Shown in pieces: positions 30,475 through 45,310 of a DNA stretch of 64,000 nt. A model generated the notes under the pieces. The model had not been told where the DNA came from and did no database searches. It saw nothing but the letters and a program-made list of their open reading frames with translations. The translations under genes and the position numbers were made by a program. Origin of the DNA: the human T2T-CHM13v2.0 reference genome, Homo sapiens; the NCBI RefSeq assembly GCF_009914755.1, contig NC_060925.1. The stretch is one strand, 5' to 3'. How positions within the stretch are numbered: the stretch's first letter is position 1; the number at the start of each line of letters is the position of its first letter.

Positions 30475-31214
30475 ATCGGTGAGATACCTTATATTTCTCT
30501 TTTTCATACCAAGTCTTCAAAATTCAGAGTGTATTTTACAACTAAAGTACATCTCAATTGGTACCAGCCATAATTCAGGTGCTAAGTAGCCATATGTGGT
30601 TAGTGGACACTGTACTGGACAAGACAGTTTTATATAGTCACAGAGGAAGAATTCACTCCAGTACTCTCTGATTTTCCTCCAGAAACCCATTACGGTGTTA
30701 AACAGTTCTCAATATCGGAAAGTTCTTCCTTGTGTTGCACTAAAGCCTGCATACCATACTTTCCATTTCTACCTTAGTCTTTGTTCTACTTTCTCAATCA
30801 TATTTTTAATACTACAGAAAATGTCATATTATAATAGCTTTCAGTAGTGGCAGTATATTGTGATATAACTCTCGTTACTTTCAAGTATTCTCTTCTTGAA
30901 TCTCATTTCACCCTGGCTTACTTTTGAAATTGGAATTTTTAGATCAGCTACAGAATTTTCTACTCAGAGCTATTATACCCATTGCTCCAGAGTGACAAAG
31001 CTTCTTTTGGAACAGAATTCTTTCAACTAACTAATCAGGTATCCCTCTCAGCTTATTGTTTTCTATGTATCTATGTAGTCAACACACTGTCAGGATTCTC
31101 GTTTAATTCAGTGGTAAACACGTTGACTGAGATAAGGCATAAGACAGAGGAAGAGCCATCCATGGCTCACTCTGAGAATTCTTCTATGTTAAATGCCCTC
31201 CATAGTCATCCCAC

Positions 31215-31335
31215 TTAGGATACAGTCATTCGACCAGTTACAAAGTCACCCATGGACTGGTCATCTCAGCCCACATTTCTTCATCTTCTCCACAAGGACA
31301 TCATGACTCACCTTGTCAACTGTCCTTCCCAAACA
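31215..31335 (-). mobile_element. L3/CR1 reverse-transcriptase fragment
   Basis: CAGCCCACATTTCTTCATCTTCTCCACAAGGACATCATGACTCACCTTGTCAA reverse-translates to DKVSHDVLVEKMKKCGL, a CR1 RT motif. Confidence 0.65.
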
Positions 31336-34300
31336 GTCAAAGTTCTCAGTTGTCAGAACAGGAAATAAGTTCCTATTTCTTGCTTAATTCGTGAACCTCA
31401 TGGTGGGCTTGGTCTGGAACCACATTTTTTCTTCTCCAGTGTTCTGTCACCTTTCATATTCTTCATAGTTCCTCAAAACAATTGCTAATGGTTCATGGTT
31501 CTCAGCTTTTGGTTTCTTATCTCAGGGATCTTATATAAAATAAATAGTTTTCACTCTATTTCAGCATAAATTATTTTCTATTGATATTTATTCTATGCTT
31601 TGGGTATAAAAGTTATTGTCACACATTCTGGTATAGGTTATATGACTATCAGTTTTTAAATAGTTTCCATGGTTAGTTTATGGAAACAGGTGTGTGTGTG
31701 TGTATTTTCCTGTCATTGCAAATTTCTACAGTTCGAAGTATCCTGTAATTAGGGTCATGAGAAAGTGTTTATTTCCTGGGTCAGAGGCAGAGAGAAAGCA
31801 AACTTTTTGCTATGGAAACCATGATTTCCAAGAGTCTACCAATACCACTTTCTATTTTCTTTATCTTTTTCTCCCCTACCAATTCACTTTTATTGGCAGC
31901 ACTGGTTGTTCTACTATTCTCTTTCTATTATTCCAACTTGCTGATTCTCTTCAAGTTAAAGAGATGGGCATCAGTTTCTACTAACATGACCAATGGGTCT
32001 GAAGCTCTGTCTTTTTGGAAGCACAGAAAATCAACCACTCAGAAGCCCAGTGGAAGAATACAGTCTATTTCTCTAGCTCCTTTTGAAGTCAGGTCTTATG
32101 TGTGTCCCAAAGCTGGGTCATTTTGTTAGCTTATTATTGACTATATTGTTTTAATATTCTGCTTTGGTGTGTGTCTCATCTATTGTTTTGTGAACTCCTG
32201 GGCTATGTTATGTTAGGGGCTATATTTTTATCAATCTTTGCATTCTCTGTACCCTATGATTACTTAATAAGCACTTCATAAATAATGTGTTATGAGTGAA
32301 TAAATTAATAAATGAATTGCTTATTTGACACACACACACAGTTTCCACTGGAAAGCTTCCTGTTGTGAAATACTTGTTACTTTGCTTGTCAACCCTATCC
32401 AACTATGTTGGATAGCTCTAATGATAGAAAGCTTTTATTTTGTATTAACCTAAATCTTACCCTCAGAACTTCCATTTTCCCATAGAAAACATCTTCTCTT
32501 TCCCAAGTATTTATTTTATGTATTAAACTGAAGGCTTCAGGCCTGACAAAGATAGCAATTTTGTTTTCAACAGGAAGTACTGTGCTTATTCCTTTGCTTG
32601 TTCAACCATCTTCATTCCAGTGGCATTCCAGTGGCAAGCTTCTGGCATGCCCACCACGCAGGTCATTTAGGGAGAAATCCAAATTCCATTTAGACACATT
32701 TTGAACTCCTCTAAATATTGTGCTTTCTCAGGCTTCCAGGGAGCCAGTGTTTATCACTGGATGAATACAGTTACAGAGAGATCAAGGACTTAGTTTATTC
32801 TGGGTCACATCCATTATAATGGCATAGTTTAGGCCAAGGAATCCTCTTGTCCCCAACAACTTTCCCAGGTCTAAGACTTACATTTTCTGCTGTGTTGCCC
32901 TCCTTTGAGGGATAAACCCATGTGGCCAGGCTGGGACTGCTCTTTCTTTATTCTAGAGCAGCAGGACTGCTTTGCGTAGCTAGCTCTTCCTCTCTCCTAC
33001 ACTCATTGCCAGACAATACAGTATGCAGAACCCAGCATCTGACACTCATACTTGGCTCAGGGCTGGTTTGTGAATCACATGTCAGAGCAGGACTTCAAAT
33101 CTCATGTCCAACACAAAGAAAGATGACGCCAGTGCTTTGAAATGTCTTTAAACACGAAATATGTCAACTTAGTGACCCCTCAACTCTGTCCCCTCTCTCT
33201 CCCTTGCACTTTTTTTCAAGATGTTTAGAAACTGTGTCATCTTTGTTTCTGAAATATTGTTTTAGGATTAAGGTTTGTCAGCATCATGAATCTGCACTAA
33301 AAATACTGCAAGGAACATGAGACCATAATTATATCAGCTTTGATCACACTGATTCCACTAATTAAAAATTCCACTGAGAAGAGTGCTGCGGAATCATGTA
33401 AACCCTGTGAATTACCTAATAATGATAGAAATATTCAAAGCATTAGTGATTAATGAACAGATGTGAAGAGGCAATACAAGCTTATGGGAAACCATTTCTA
33501 ATGATGATGTCAGCAAGGAACAATTTGCAGACATAATTACTGAAAAATTATCAGAGACTTCCTTGTCAAGTATTTTGTATGTTTATAAAGCTGTTGGTGA
33601 CTCATTTTAGAAGTCTGGGAGACTTATTTGATTTGGAATCAGGATTTTATTATAGCTTAGCTGTTATGTAATAGTTTACTCAGACTGATGGGGAGATATT
33701 CTTCCATGTCAACATAACTTGTATGGTGTGCAATGAGATTTCCTTGTAGTTATTTCAGCAATTCATATCTGAATGCTTTCCCATATTTTCAGTCCTGAAG
33801 TATATTCTCAGTTTGTAAAATGGAGTGCAAGACAGGCTGTGAGATAGATTAATTGTTCAATGATTTATCACGAACTCTAACAGTTTACTACATTGGGACA
33901 AAGTTGTTTTGGTTTATAAACCTGGTAGTGTCATATGGAATGGCTATCTCTGGCATGCCATAAATTCAATATATGAGTGTTTTGCCATACATATGTGTGC
34001 TTTACTGTGGTCAGTATCATAATTAGCCAAGCTTTACCCACATGCCCCAAAATTCCAATGCTTGAGAGCAAAGTCATCTGGATACAACTAGTTTTTATGT
34101 TGGCTGGGGAACTATTGTTTGATCAACATCTCTAGTTGCTAACTAGCAGTATTTCATTTGGAGTTTCCAAAACACTAATAGCAACCAGATAGATATTGTG
34201 TCTGTCCCTTGCCTCAAATTTTAATCATGTTGTTGTCTCCAGAACAATTCCAAAAGAAACATAGCCCGAAAAATGTGGTGCTTTCCAAGAAAGGTTGGGT

Positions 34301-34551
34301 GTTATCATTGCTCTGAAGGGGACAGTGTGGGGAAATAATTAAATAGGATAAGCAGGGAGGGCTCCCGTATTCCTTTCCTGGCTCTTCAACTGCCTAGCTG
34401 CTACTGTACCATTGTTAGTTTTTCTGGTTTCTCTCTAAATAAGTTTCTTTATCTAATGACTAAAGGAAGAAGAATTTAACCATGAGACTACATAATTAGC
34501 TTGAGTATTTGCCTACATGGGTTTATATGCAGATATGTGGATCTCATTTAA

Positions 34552-35229
<678 letters not shown>

Positions 35230-35796
35230 CCAAATTTATTTTATCACTTTATACTCTATTTGATAGTCATTTCTGTCTATGCTGTATATATTAACACAGA
35301 GAGGAGGAAGAGTGGAAGTATGGGATAATGGAAGGTAGAATTTAAAGCAGCAGAAAAAAGAAAGGCACTTTTTCCATTGAATAAATGAAGGTCAATAATA
35401 TATTTTGGATGATAGGTACATAATTCTTCAACACTAACAACAGAAATGCCTCTGTTTTATAGTAATGAGTAACGAAGAGTATTTTATGATCCAGAAAAGT
35501 CACAGTACAAAGGCACTATTTCCTTTTGGCTGGTTTTTAGTTTTCAATCAACAAAGCTTCTATTTTAATTCCTGAAGTACACACTGTGATGCAAGAAGGC
35601 CCCAAGAGGAAGAAATTCTGCTTCCTTTTGGCATCTTTTGGAAATTCTTTAACGCAGTGATGCAACTCTATTATTTCATGGTGAACATCTGTAGATCCAC
35701 GTAATACTTTGTGGCATAAGGCTGAGTGAGAACAAGTGTCCAAGGACCTCTAGTCAGTGTTCCATATACACAGTCAGAAATCAAATGTACTTTGTT

Positions 35797-36085
35797 GGCC
35801 GGGTGCGGTGGCTCACGCCTGTAATCCTAGCATTTTGGGAGGCTGAGGTGGGCTGATCACTTGGGGTCAGGAGTCCGAGACCAGCCTGGCCAACATGGTG
35901 AAACCCCGTCTCCACTAACAATACAACAATTAGCTGGGCATGGTGGCGCATGCCTGTAATCCCAGCTACTCGGGAGGCCGAGGCAGGAGAAGTGCTTGAA
36001 CTCAGGAGGTGGAGATTGCAGTGAGCCATTGCACTCCAACCTGGGCAACAGAGCAGGACTCCATCTCAAAAAAAAACAGGAATAA
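35797..36085 (+). mobile_element. AluS
   Basis: 20-bp TSD AGAAAT(C/A)AAATGTACTTTGT at 35776-35795 and 36086-36105. Confidence 0.97.
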
Positions 36086-36369
36086 AGAAATAAAATGTAC
36101 TTTGTAACTTAGGAGGATGGGCTGGCGAGGTGGATAACAGCATAATCATCAACTTTCAGGAGCTGTTAGAGAATTGAAGTTCAGTCAAGGACAAAAGAGA
36201 ATAACCAGATTAGTGTTGGAGACAAGAAAGGAGGTTCAGTTTATTGACTGTGTATGAATGCGACTCTGCCTCCCAGTGGTTTTTATTATCCACTTCCATG
36301 GATATTTCTTCTTTCTCTCTGATGATCCCATTTTCACTTGATCTTTGTTTGGAGGTTGAACAAGACAAA

Positions 36370-36625
36370 TAATAATAATAATAAAAATAGCAGTTAACCT
36401 TTCCTGAGTCTTCACTATGTGGATAACATTTTACTAAATGATTTAATGTATGACTTCATTCAGTCCTTTCAACAGCCTTATGAATTTGTATTATCACTCC
36501 CATTTTAAAGATGAAGAAACTGAGGCTTAGAGAGTGACTTGCCTAAAGTCACCAAGCTAGTCAGTGGCAGAAAGGGATTCAAACTCAAGCAATCTGACTC
36601 CAGAGCTGATGCTCTTGAACACTAT
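36370..36625 (-). mobile_element. MIRb, near full length
   Basis: CCCATTTTAAAGATGAAGAAACTGAGGCTTAGAGAGTGACTTGCCTAAAGTCAC...GGGATTCAAACTC...TCTGACTCCAGAGC. Confidence 0.9.
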
Positions 36626-36728
36626 TCTTTATAGTCCCTTGCATATGAATTTTGAAAGGTTTGATACCAGAGAAGACTGATGTCATTGGCCAAAATGCAG
36701 AAAGAATTTGAATAATCTGTGGATTCCA

Positions 36729-37089
<361 letters not shown>

Positions 37090-37348
37090 TTACATCACTA
37101 AGTTTTTGCTTTTCATTCCTATTGCTAATATCAGAGCTCAGGTTGCCATTACTTCTTACTCGAACTTCCTTGAAAAATGTTATTTCTTACTACTTAATAT
37201 TATTATATTTTGTCAAAATTATGGAAAATACGGAAAAATTGGCATCAAAAGAAGCTTCACCTACAAGTTCACTAATTAGGAATAGCAGTTATATTTTCTT
37301 TTAGCTATTTTTCCAATTATATTTCAGAGTTATACACACACATATGTA

Positions 37349-38586
37349 TAGTCATGCACCGCATAATGATGTTTCAGTCAGTAATGAAAGGCATATATGA
37401 TGGTGGTCTCATAAGATTGTAACGGGGATGAAAAATTTCTACTGCCTAGTTCTGTTATGGTGACCCTGATGCTGTAGCGCAATGCATTATTCACGTTTGT
37501 TGTGATGCTGGTGTAAACAAACCTACTGCATTGCTACTCATAGAAAAGTATAGTACATACAATAATGTACAATGCATACTAGTTGATAATCATAATACGA
37601 AACTATGTTAGGGGTTTATGTATTTACTATGATTTCTTATCATTATTTTTGAGTGTACTCCTTCTACTTATTAAAAAAAGTTAACTGTAAAACAGGCTCA
37701 GGCAGGTCCTTTAGGAGTTATCCAGAGGAAGGCATTGTCATCATAGGAGATGACAGCTCCATGCGTGTTATTGCCCCTGAAGACCTTCCGCTGGGACAAG
37801 ATGTGGAGGTGGAAGACAGCGATACGGATAGTCCTGTCCCTGTCACAGGTAGGCCTAGGCTACTGTGTATGTTTGTGATTTGTTTTTTAACAAAAAAGTT
37901 TAAAAAGTTAAAAAAAAATTTAAAAACATAAAAAAGCTTTTAGAACAAGGATATAAAGAAATTATTTTTGTACAGCAGTACAATGTGTTTGTGTTTTAAG
38001 CTCACTGATAATACAAAACAAAAAGTTAAAAAACTTAAAAAGTTTATAGAGTTAAAAAAGTTACAGTAAACTAAGGTTAATTTATTATTAAACAAAGAAA
38101 ATGTTAAAAATAAATTTAGTGTAGCCTAAGTGTACAGTGCTCATGAAGCCTACAGTAGTGTACAGTAATGTCCTAGGCCTTCACATTCACTCACTGACTC
38201 ACCCAGAGCAACCTCCAGTTCTGCAAGCTGCAGTCATGGTAAGTGACCTATACAGGTGTACCAATTTTTGTCTTTTATACCATATTTTTGCTGTACCTTT
38301 TCTATGCTAAATTTAAATAAACAAATTCCATTGTGTTACAGTTGTCTACAGTATTCAGTACAGTAATGTGTTGTACAAATTTGTAGACTAGGAGCAATAA
38401 ACTATACCGTATATCCTAGCTGTGTAGCTAGGATAGTCGTAGCTGTTGCTGTGTAGATAGCTGTAGCTGTGTAGTAGGCTATACCTTCCAGGTTTGTGAA
38501 GTATGTGAAGGATGTTTACACAATGACAAAGTCACCTAACAGTGACATTTCTCAGAGAATATCTTGTTGTAAATGATGCATGAATG
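37349..38586 (+). mobile_element. Tigger3b (TcMar-Tigger), full-length non-autonomous copy
   Basis: TIRs TAGTCATGCACCGCATAATGATG...ATGATGCATGAATG with a TA TSD on both sides. About 1.24 kb. Internal GAAGACCTTCC...GGGACAAGATGTGGAGGTGGAAGACAG. Confidence 0.92.
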
Positions 38587-38754
38587 TACATACATATATA
38601 TATGTGTATATATATATATAATTTGTCTCACAAAATTTTAAGTTTAACTTTATAAAATAGTCATTTTTTCCATGTAATTACAAACTCCTAGTAATCATAT
38701 TTTAATGGTTGAGTAATAATCCAACTTATTCTTATATCAGTCCTTATAGTAATA

Positions 38755-38898
38755 TTTTTGTGTGTATTTCTGTATTTTTTAGTAGAGACAGGGTTTCACT
38801 GTGTTAGCCAGGATGGTCTCAATCTCCTGACCTCGTGATCCACCTGCCTCAGCCTCCCAAAGTGCTGGGATTACAGGCGTGAGCCACCACGCCTGGCC
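38755..38898 (-). mobile_element. Left-monomer-only Alu (Y/Sc8 diagnostics)
   Basis: GTGTTAGCCAGGATGGTCTC...CACGCCTGGCC with no right arm. Flanks are AGTAATATTTT and AGTAATTTCTT. Confidence 0.93.
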
Positions 38899-38999
38899 AG
38901 TAATTTCTTACTTTCTACCTAATATAAATAATTTAATAATGAGAATCTTTGTGCCAACATCCTCTTCTCTCTTCCTCTTTTCTATGTTTCCCTACTCAC

Positions 39000-39600
39000 A
39001 ACCATAATGGCAGCTACCAAGCAACTTTCCTAAAACATGTGCCTTGCCTTGATGCAAATCCGCAACATCAGCAAAACAAATTTAAATGCCTTAGCCTGGC
39101 ATCCAATATACTTCATACGCTGATTCAGTCTACCTTCCAAGTCTCATCTTTGACCTCTCCTGTATTCTAAACTCCAGTCATACTCACAGCTTGGGAAAAG
39201 CCACATGCACTTGCAATTCTGCATAACTGTTCATGCCATTCCTTCTACCTAAAATGCTCTTCTCTCCATGCCTATCTGTGAAACTTCTGCCCAATGACCA
39301 ATCCTCATTCCAAATTTCATTTTCTCTTTCAGCTCTTTCTAACCATATTAAGTTGCTGTGCCTCCTCACTCCTCTGTTTCTCTGAACTCAGACTGTCATG
39401 CTTGATTTTATGTTTCATTGTTGTATTTGTGTGTCTGGAACTGTTGGCTCAAAATGTTATTATAGAAGTGAATGAATTGTGTGTGTTTTATATACGTACC
39501 TACCACGTTACCTGAGGACAAGGCCTAAGATATATTTATCCATGTTGGCTACAGTGTCTACCAAGGTCCATGCATATATAGGTCCTTAATTTTCAAATAA
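39000..39600 (+). mobile_element. L2 fragments (degenerate)
   Basis: AAATGCCTTAGCCTGGCATCC...CATGCCATTCCTTCTACCTAAAATGCTCTT resembles the L2 3' region. Boundaries are vague. Confidence 0.5.
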
Positions 39601-40272
39601 ATTAATCTGTGCTGCTTGGCTTGAGCCCAGGAAACTACAGGAATTTGTAGCTATATAGGCTGAAATTGGAACTACAAGTTCTTGGATTATTGATAATCTA
39701 AGGTTGCTAAATTGATGCTATGAAGGACTTCTGAAATATTAGGATATTTATGAAGTACATAACTATGCTAATGTTACAGACTTCCTAAAACCATGTTATG
39801 ATGGAACTGTATGGGAACTTTGCAGTCTCTGGATTTGACTATTTAATTATTTTTGATAAGAAAACGGGGCCAGGGAGGTGCCTGATGCCATCAGCCATCA
39901 CTGTTAGAGCGAGGCATGGGTCGAAAGTCTGTGCTTCTGGTCCAGGGCTCAATTGCTGCAACTTACTGTCTTGATTTTCTCAGGGCAGTCCCTGTTTTGA
40001 TCCTTTATAATTAAAAGGAAGATCATCTTCAAAAAAACAAAACTTATCTAATCAAATTTAAGTTACCGTTTGTGTCTGGCTTGGGAAAATGGGGCCAATA
40101 CTCAGAACGTGTAGTTTCTTTTCAATTTAATTGTGATTATTCATGGCTCTTAATTTTGTGTTACTCCTATTAGACTAGGTATTTGCATTTGAAAGCAGGT
40201 ACCTGATTCTTCGGGACACTTCAAAGGTCAAATTTCACTATTAAGCTACATTTCCCTCAAAATACATGTTTA

Positions 40273-40764
<492 letters not shown>

Positions 40765-41865
40765 TCAGGAGCAGGAACAGAAGTCTTTCCAAGATAACAC
40801 TCAGTTATCATCATCTTTGGGTAAAGTCAGAGGAAAATGAAGGAAGGCTTTGCCCTTATGAGGGTTATATAACAATGTGATAGTTATTGGCCACCTCATT
40901 AGTTAACAAGCATAGTAGAGATATTTCCAATGGAAAACAAGCCAGATTCAGACATTGATACGACCTGGATGATTCAAAGATGAGTGTTAAGAGACATCAA
41001 GTAGGGTGATGATGGAGATGCAAGCTGTTATTAAAACAACCCCTTGCCTTGTCATGGCCACAGCCTTCAGTCAGTGAGCTCACAGAGGTCTGGCACTTTC
41101 TTCCATTTGGTATCTCCAGCATTTGGAACACTGTCTAGCTCACATTAGTGAATGTGTTTCGAATGAATGAAGGGTCTGATGAGAGAGAGGTGACTAAACA
41201 AGTATGGCTTTGTAATTAAGAAAAGAAAGGAAGAGAGAGAGAAAAAATAAATAAATAGCAAAAACCAAAACTCAAATATATTTTTGATACTGAGTTATAA
41301 ACATATAGTGTCTCATTAAGGCTTTGTTAAGTAAATCTGGCTTGGGAAATTGTACTTCAATCACTTAGATATGAAATACGAGGGAAAGATGAGTAAACTA
41401 CACAGTATTGACCACACAAACAGTGAGTGAGAGACCAGATACAATCTACCCAAAGCTGGACTCCTGGGTATATATTTGCCCAATTATTTATTTATTCATT
41501 CATTCATACAACACCTGCATAAGTGCCATTTGGTTCGATACAAAACTGACAAGGTGACTACTTTTAAGGAGCTCACCATGTATCTACTCCAAATATATTC
41601 AGCGACTTCCCTCTCCACCCCCACTCTAAATGTGTATGTTCTATAGCATAAAATAAAATGAGAAAATACTAAAAAGACAACATTTTAAGGGAGTTTGATA
41701 CTATTCTTTATGTGTTGTCAATAGGAATTTAAGGATGCCCACTTAATTCGTGATTTTGTCCCCAGACCTGGGAATTCACAAATGATTCTGGAATTTCCTT
41801 CAAACAAGATACCTTTCCTCCAAAGGCATTTGTACATCTCAGGAATGTAGTTAGTGGCAGCTGCT

Positions 41866-41894
41866 CCCCCCCCCCCCCACCCCCGCCACCAACC
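41866..41894. repeat. Poly-C tract (C13-A-C5)
   Basis: Seen directly. G-rich on the minus strand. Confidence 0.9.
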
Positions 41895-42719
41895 AGGTCT
41901 AATGTCATAAACTCTGCAGGAATCCTGTCTGTGGTTCTGCACATTCAGGACTCGCAATCAGTCCTTACATGGGCAAAAGCTTGTTTGCTCTGCACTTGCA
42001 TTAACCTCAGATCAGTTAAGCAAACCCAAAAACACAATGGCTTGGGTATAAGATACCATTCTACTTAGAGTGGCCTAAGATTTCTAAAAATGCCCACAGC
42101 AAGCAACTCAGGATGACTACCCAAAATGTAGATAGAGTAATAGGGAGATGTGTTCTAGCTAAAATCAACCAATAAACAGAAAACTGGTAACCCATGTCTG
42201 ATGTTCTAATCCAATGTTGTTGTTGTTTTTATTTCATTGTTCTTGGTGAATTCTATTGAAAAGCAAAGATTCTTTTCAAATTCAAAGAAATTTTATTATA
42301 TTATACAATGACTGTGTAAAAATTAAGATTATATAGTGAAGCACACTGAGCAGGGATGATAAATAAAATATTTCACTAGAAATGCATTCAACAGTCAGAA
42401 CAGATACTGACCATAGACAACTGCTATGTTTGTACTGGTGCATATTAATACCAGCCCTGCTTCTGTGCTGAGCTCACTGATTTGTGTTACATGAAAATCA
42501 CACTATATATCTCTTACAGGTGAAGATCAACACATAAAACATCTAAATTACATTTAATGCCCATTATACAGGTGAATAACAACATCAAACACAAGAGTAT
42601 TTATTCTTTGTCCCAACTTCATCCATTTCATCTTCTCTACTAGACTATTTCTATTAATATAAAAGCATATTGTATATTATGTCTTCCTAGTTAAAAAAAC
42701 ACAAAAAAAAGCCCAAAGC

Positions 42720-44095
<1,376 letters not shown>

Positions 44096-44114
44096 GTTTA
44101 TTATACACATTAGG

Positions 44115-44360
44115 TAGGCAGTAAAATGTAAAGGTTAAGAGTATAGCTCTGGAGCCAGATGTCCTAGGTTCAAATGCCATTTCATCCTTTGCCCTGCTGC
44201 AGCCTTAGTTAAGTCACCTCTCCTCATTCTGTCTCAGTTTTCTCAACCATTAAATGGAGATAACACCAATACTAACCACACTGGGTGGTTGTGAAGATAA
44301 AATGAGTTAATACTTGTGAAATACTTAAAATCTTCCAGAAATATACTCATGAATATTACT
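44115..44360 (+). mobile_element. MIR
   Basis: GGTTAAGAGTATAGCTCTGGAGCCAGA...TCTCAGTTTTCTCA...GGGTGGTTGTGAAGATAAAATGAG. Confidence 0.8.
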
Positions 44361-45154
44361 GTATGGTGAGAAAGTAATTGAAACTGGTTTGAAAGAATTG
44401 AGGGCAGGTATATCAAAGTGTAGCTATGTGCATTTAATTTATCCTGACAGACATATTACAAACGACTAAGTTCATTTCCCTCCTTCACTGGTTCATTCTG
44501 TTGGATCTTGGGTTAGTTGGTATGAACAGATACATTTTCCTTCTGTTGCAGATGGAAAAATTTACACGTAGACTGTGTTTTTCCTTAACTAATTTTTGCG
44601 GGATACATACAAAAAGCAAATAATCGGTGTGTCATCTACTGTCTGTTTTGATGGAATTTGGGAAAAAACTCAGCTGAAATCAGACAGACAGGCACTGTGT
44701 GGGAGTCTCTATGACGATTTGTCTGGTGGTCCCCTTTTCACTGGATTTTACCCTGTTAGGTGGACAGTGTCAAAGGCATCCTAGGATGACTCCCCAAGCA
44801 TCCTCGTAAATTTCCTCCTCTGGTCTTGGTCTTCACACTTGGAATCTCTGGTGTGATTTGTCCTGTCTGCTCTTCAGTGTCCAGGTCAAGTTCTTCCTCT
44901 TCTGGGATGGCTTCCAGTGAGCTCTCCATTCTGTCAATGCCTGTGACCCATTCACTTGTCCCCTAGCTGAAGGCACTTGTTAACTTTTTAATTTTTAATC
45001 TTCTAAAAAACATCCTATTTTCACTAACTAGAGTTCTATTTGATTGAGGTAAGGGATTGAACCTTCCTCCTTGGTATGCTCAGCACGTAAGAAGAGTGCC
45101 CTACACAAAGCATCTGCTTGGAATTGGCTACCATCGATCTATCAATGGAAATTC

Positions 45155-45310
45155 TTTTTTTGTTTGTTTGTTTTTGAGACATAGTCTCACTCTGTCGCCC
45201 AGGGTGGAGTACAGTGGCATCATCATAGCTCACGGCCCTCATGAACTACTGGCCTCAAGGGATCCTCTAAAAGTGCTTGGTTTAACAGGCATGAACCACT
45301 ATGCCCAGCT
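45155..45310 (-). mobile_element. Monomeric Alu (FAM/FRAM-like)
   Basis: A single old arm: GAGACATAGTCTCACTCTGTCGCCCAGG...ATCATAGCTCAC...ACCACTATGCCCAGCT. Confidence 0.8.
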
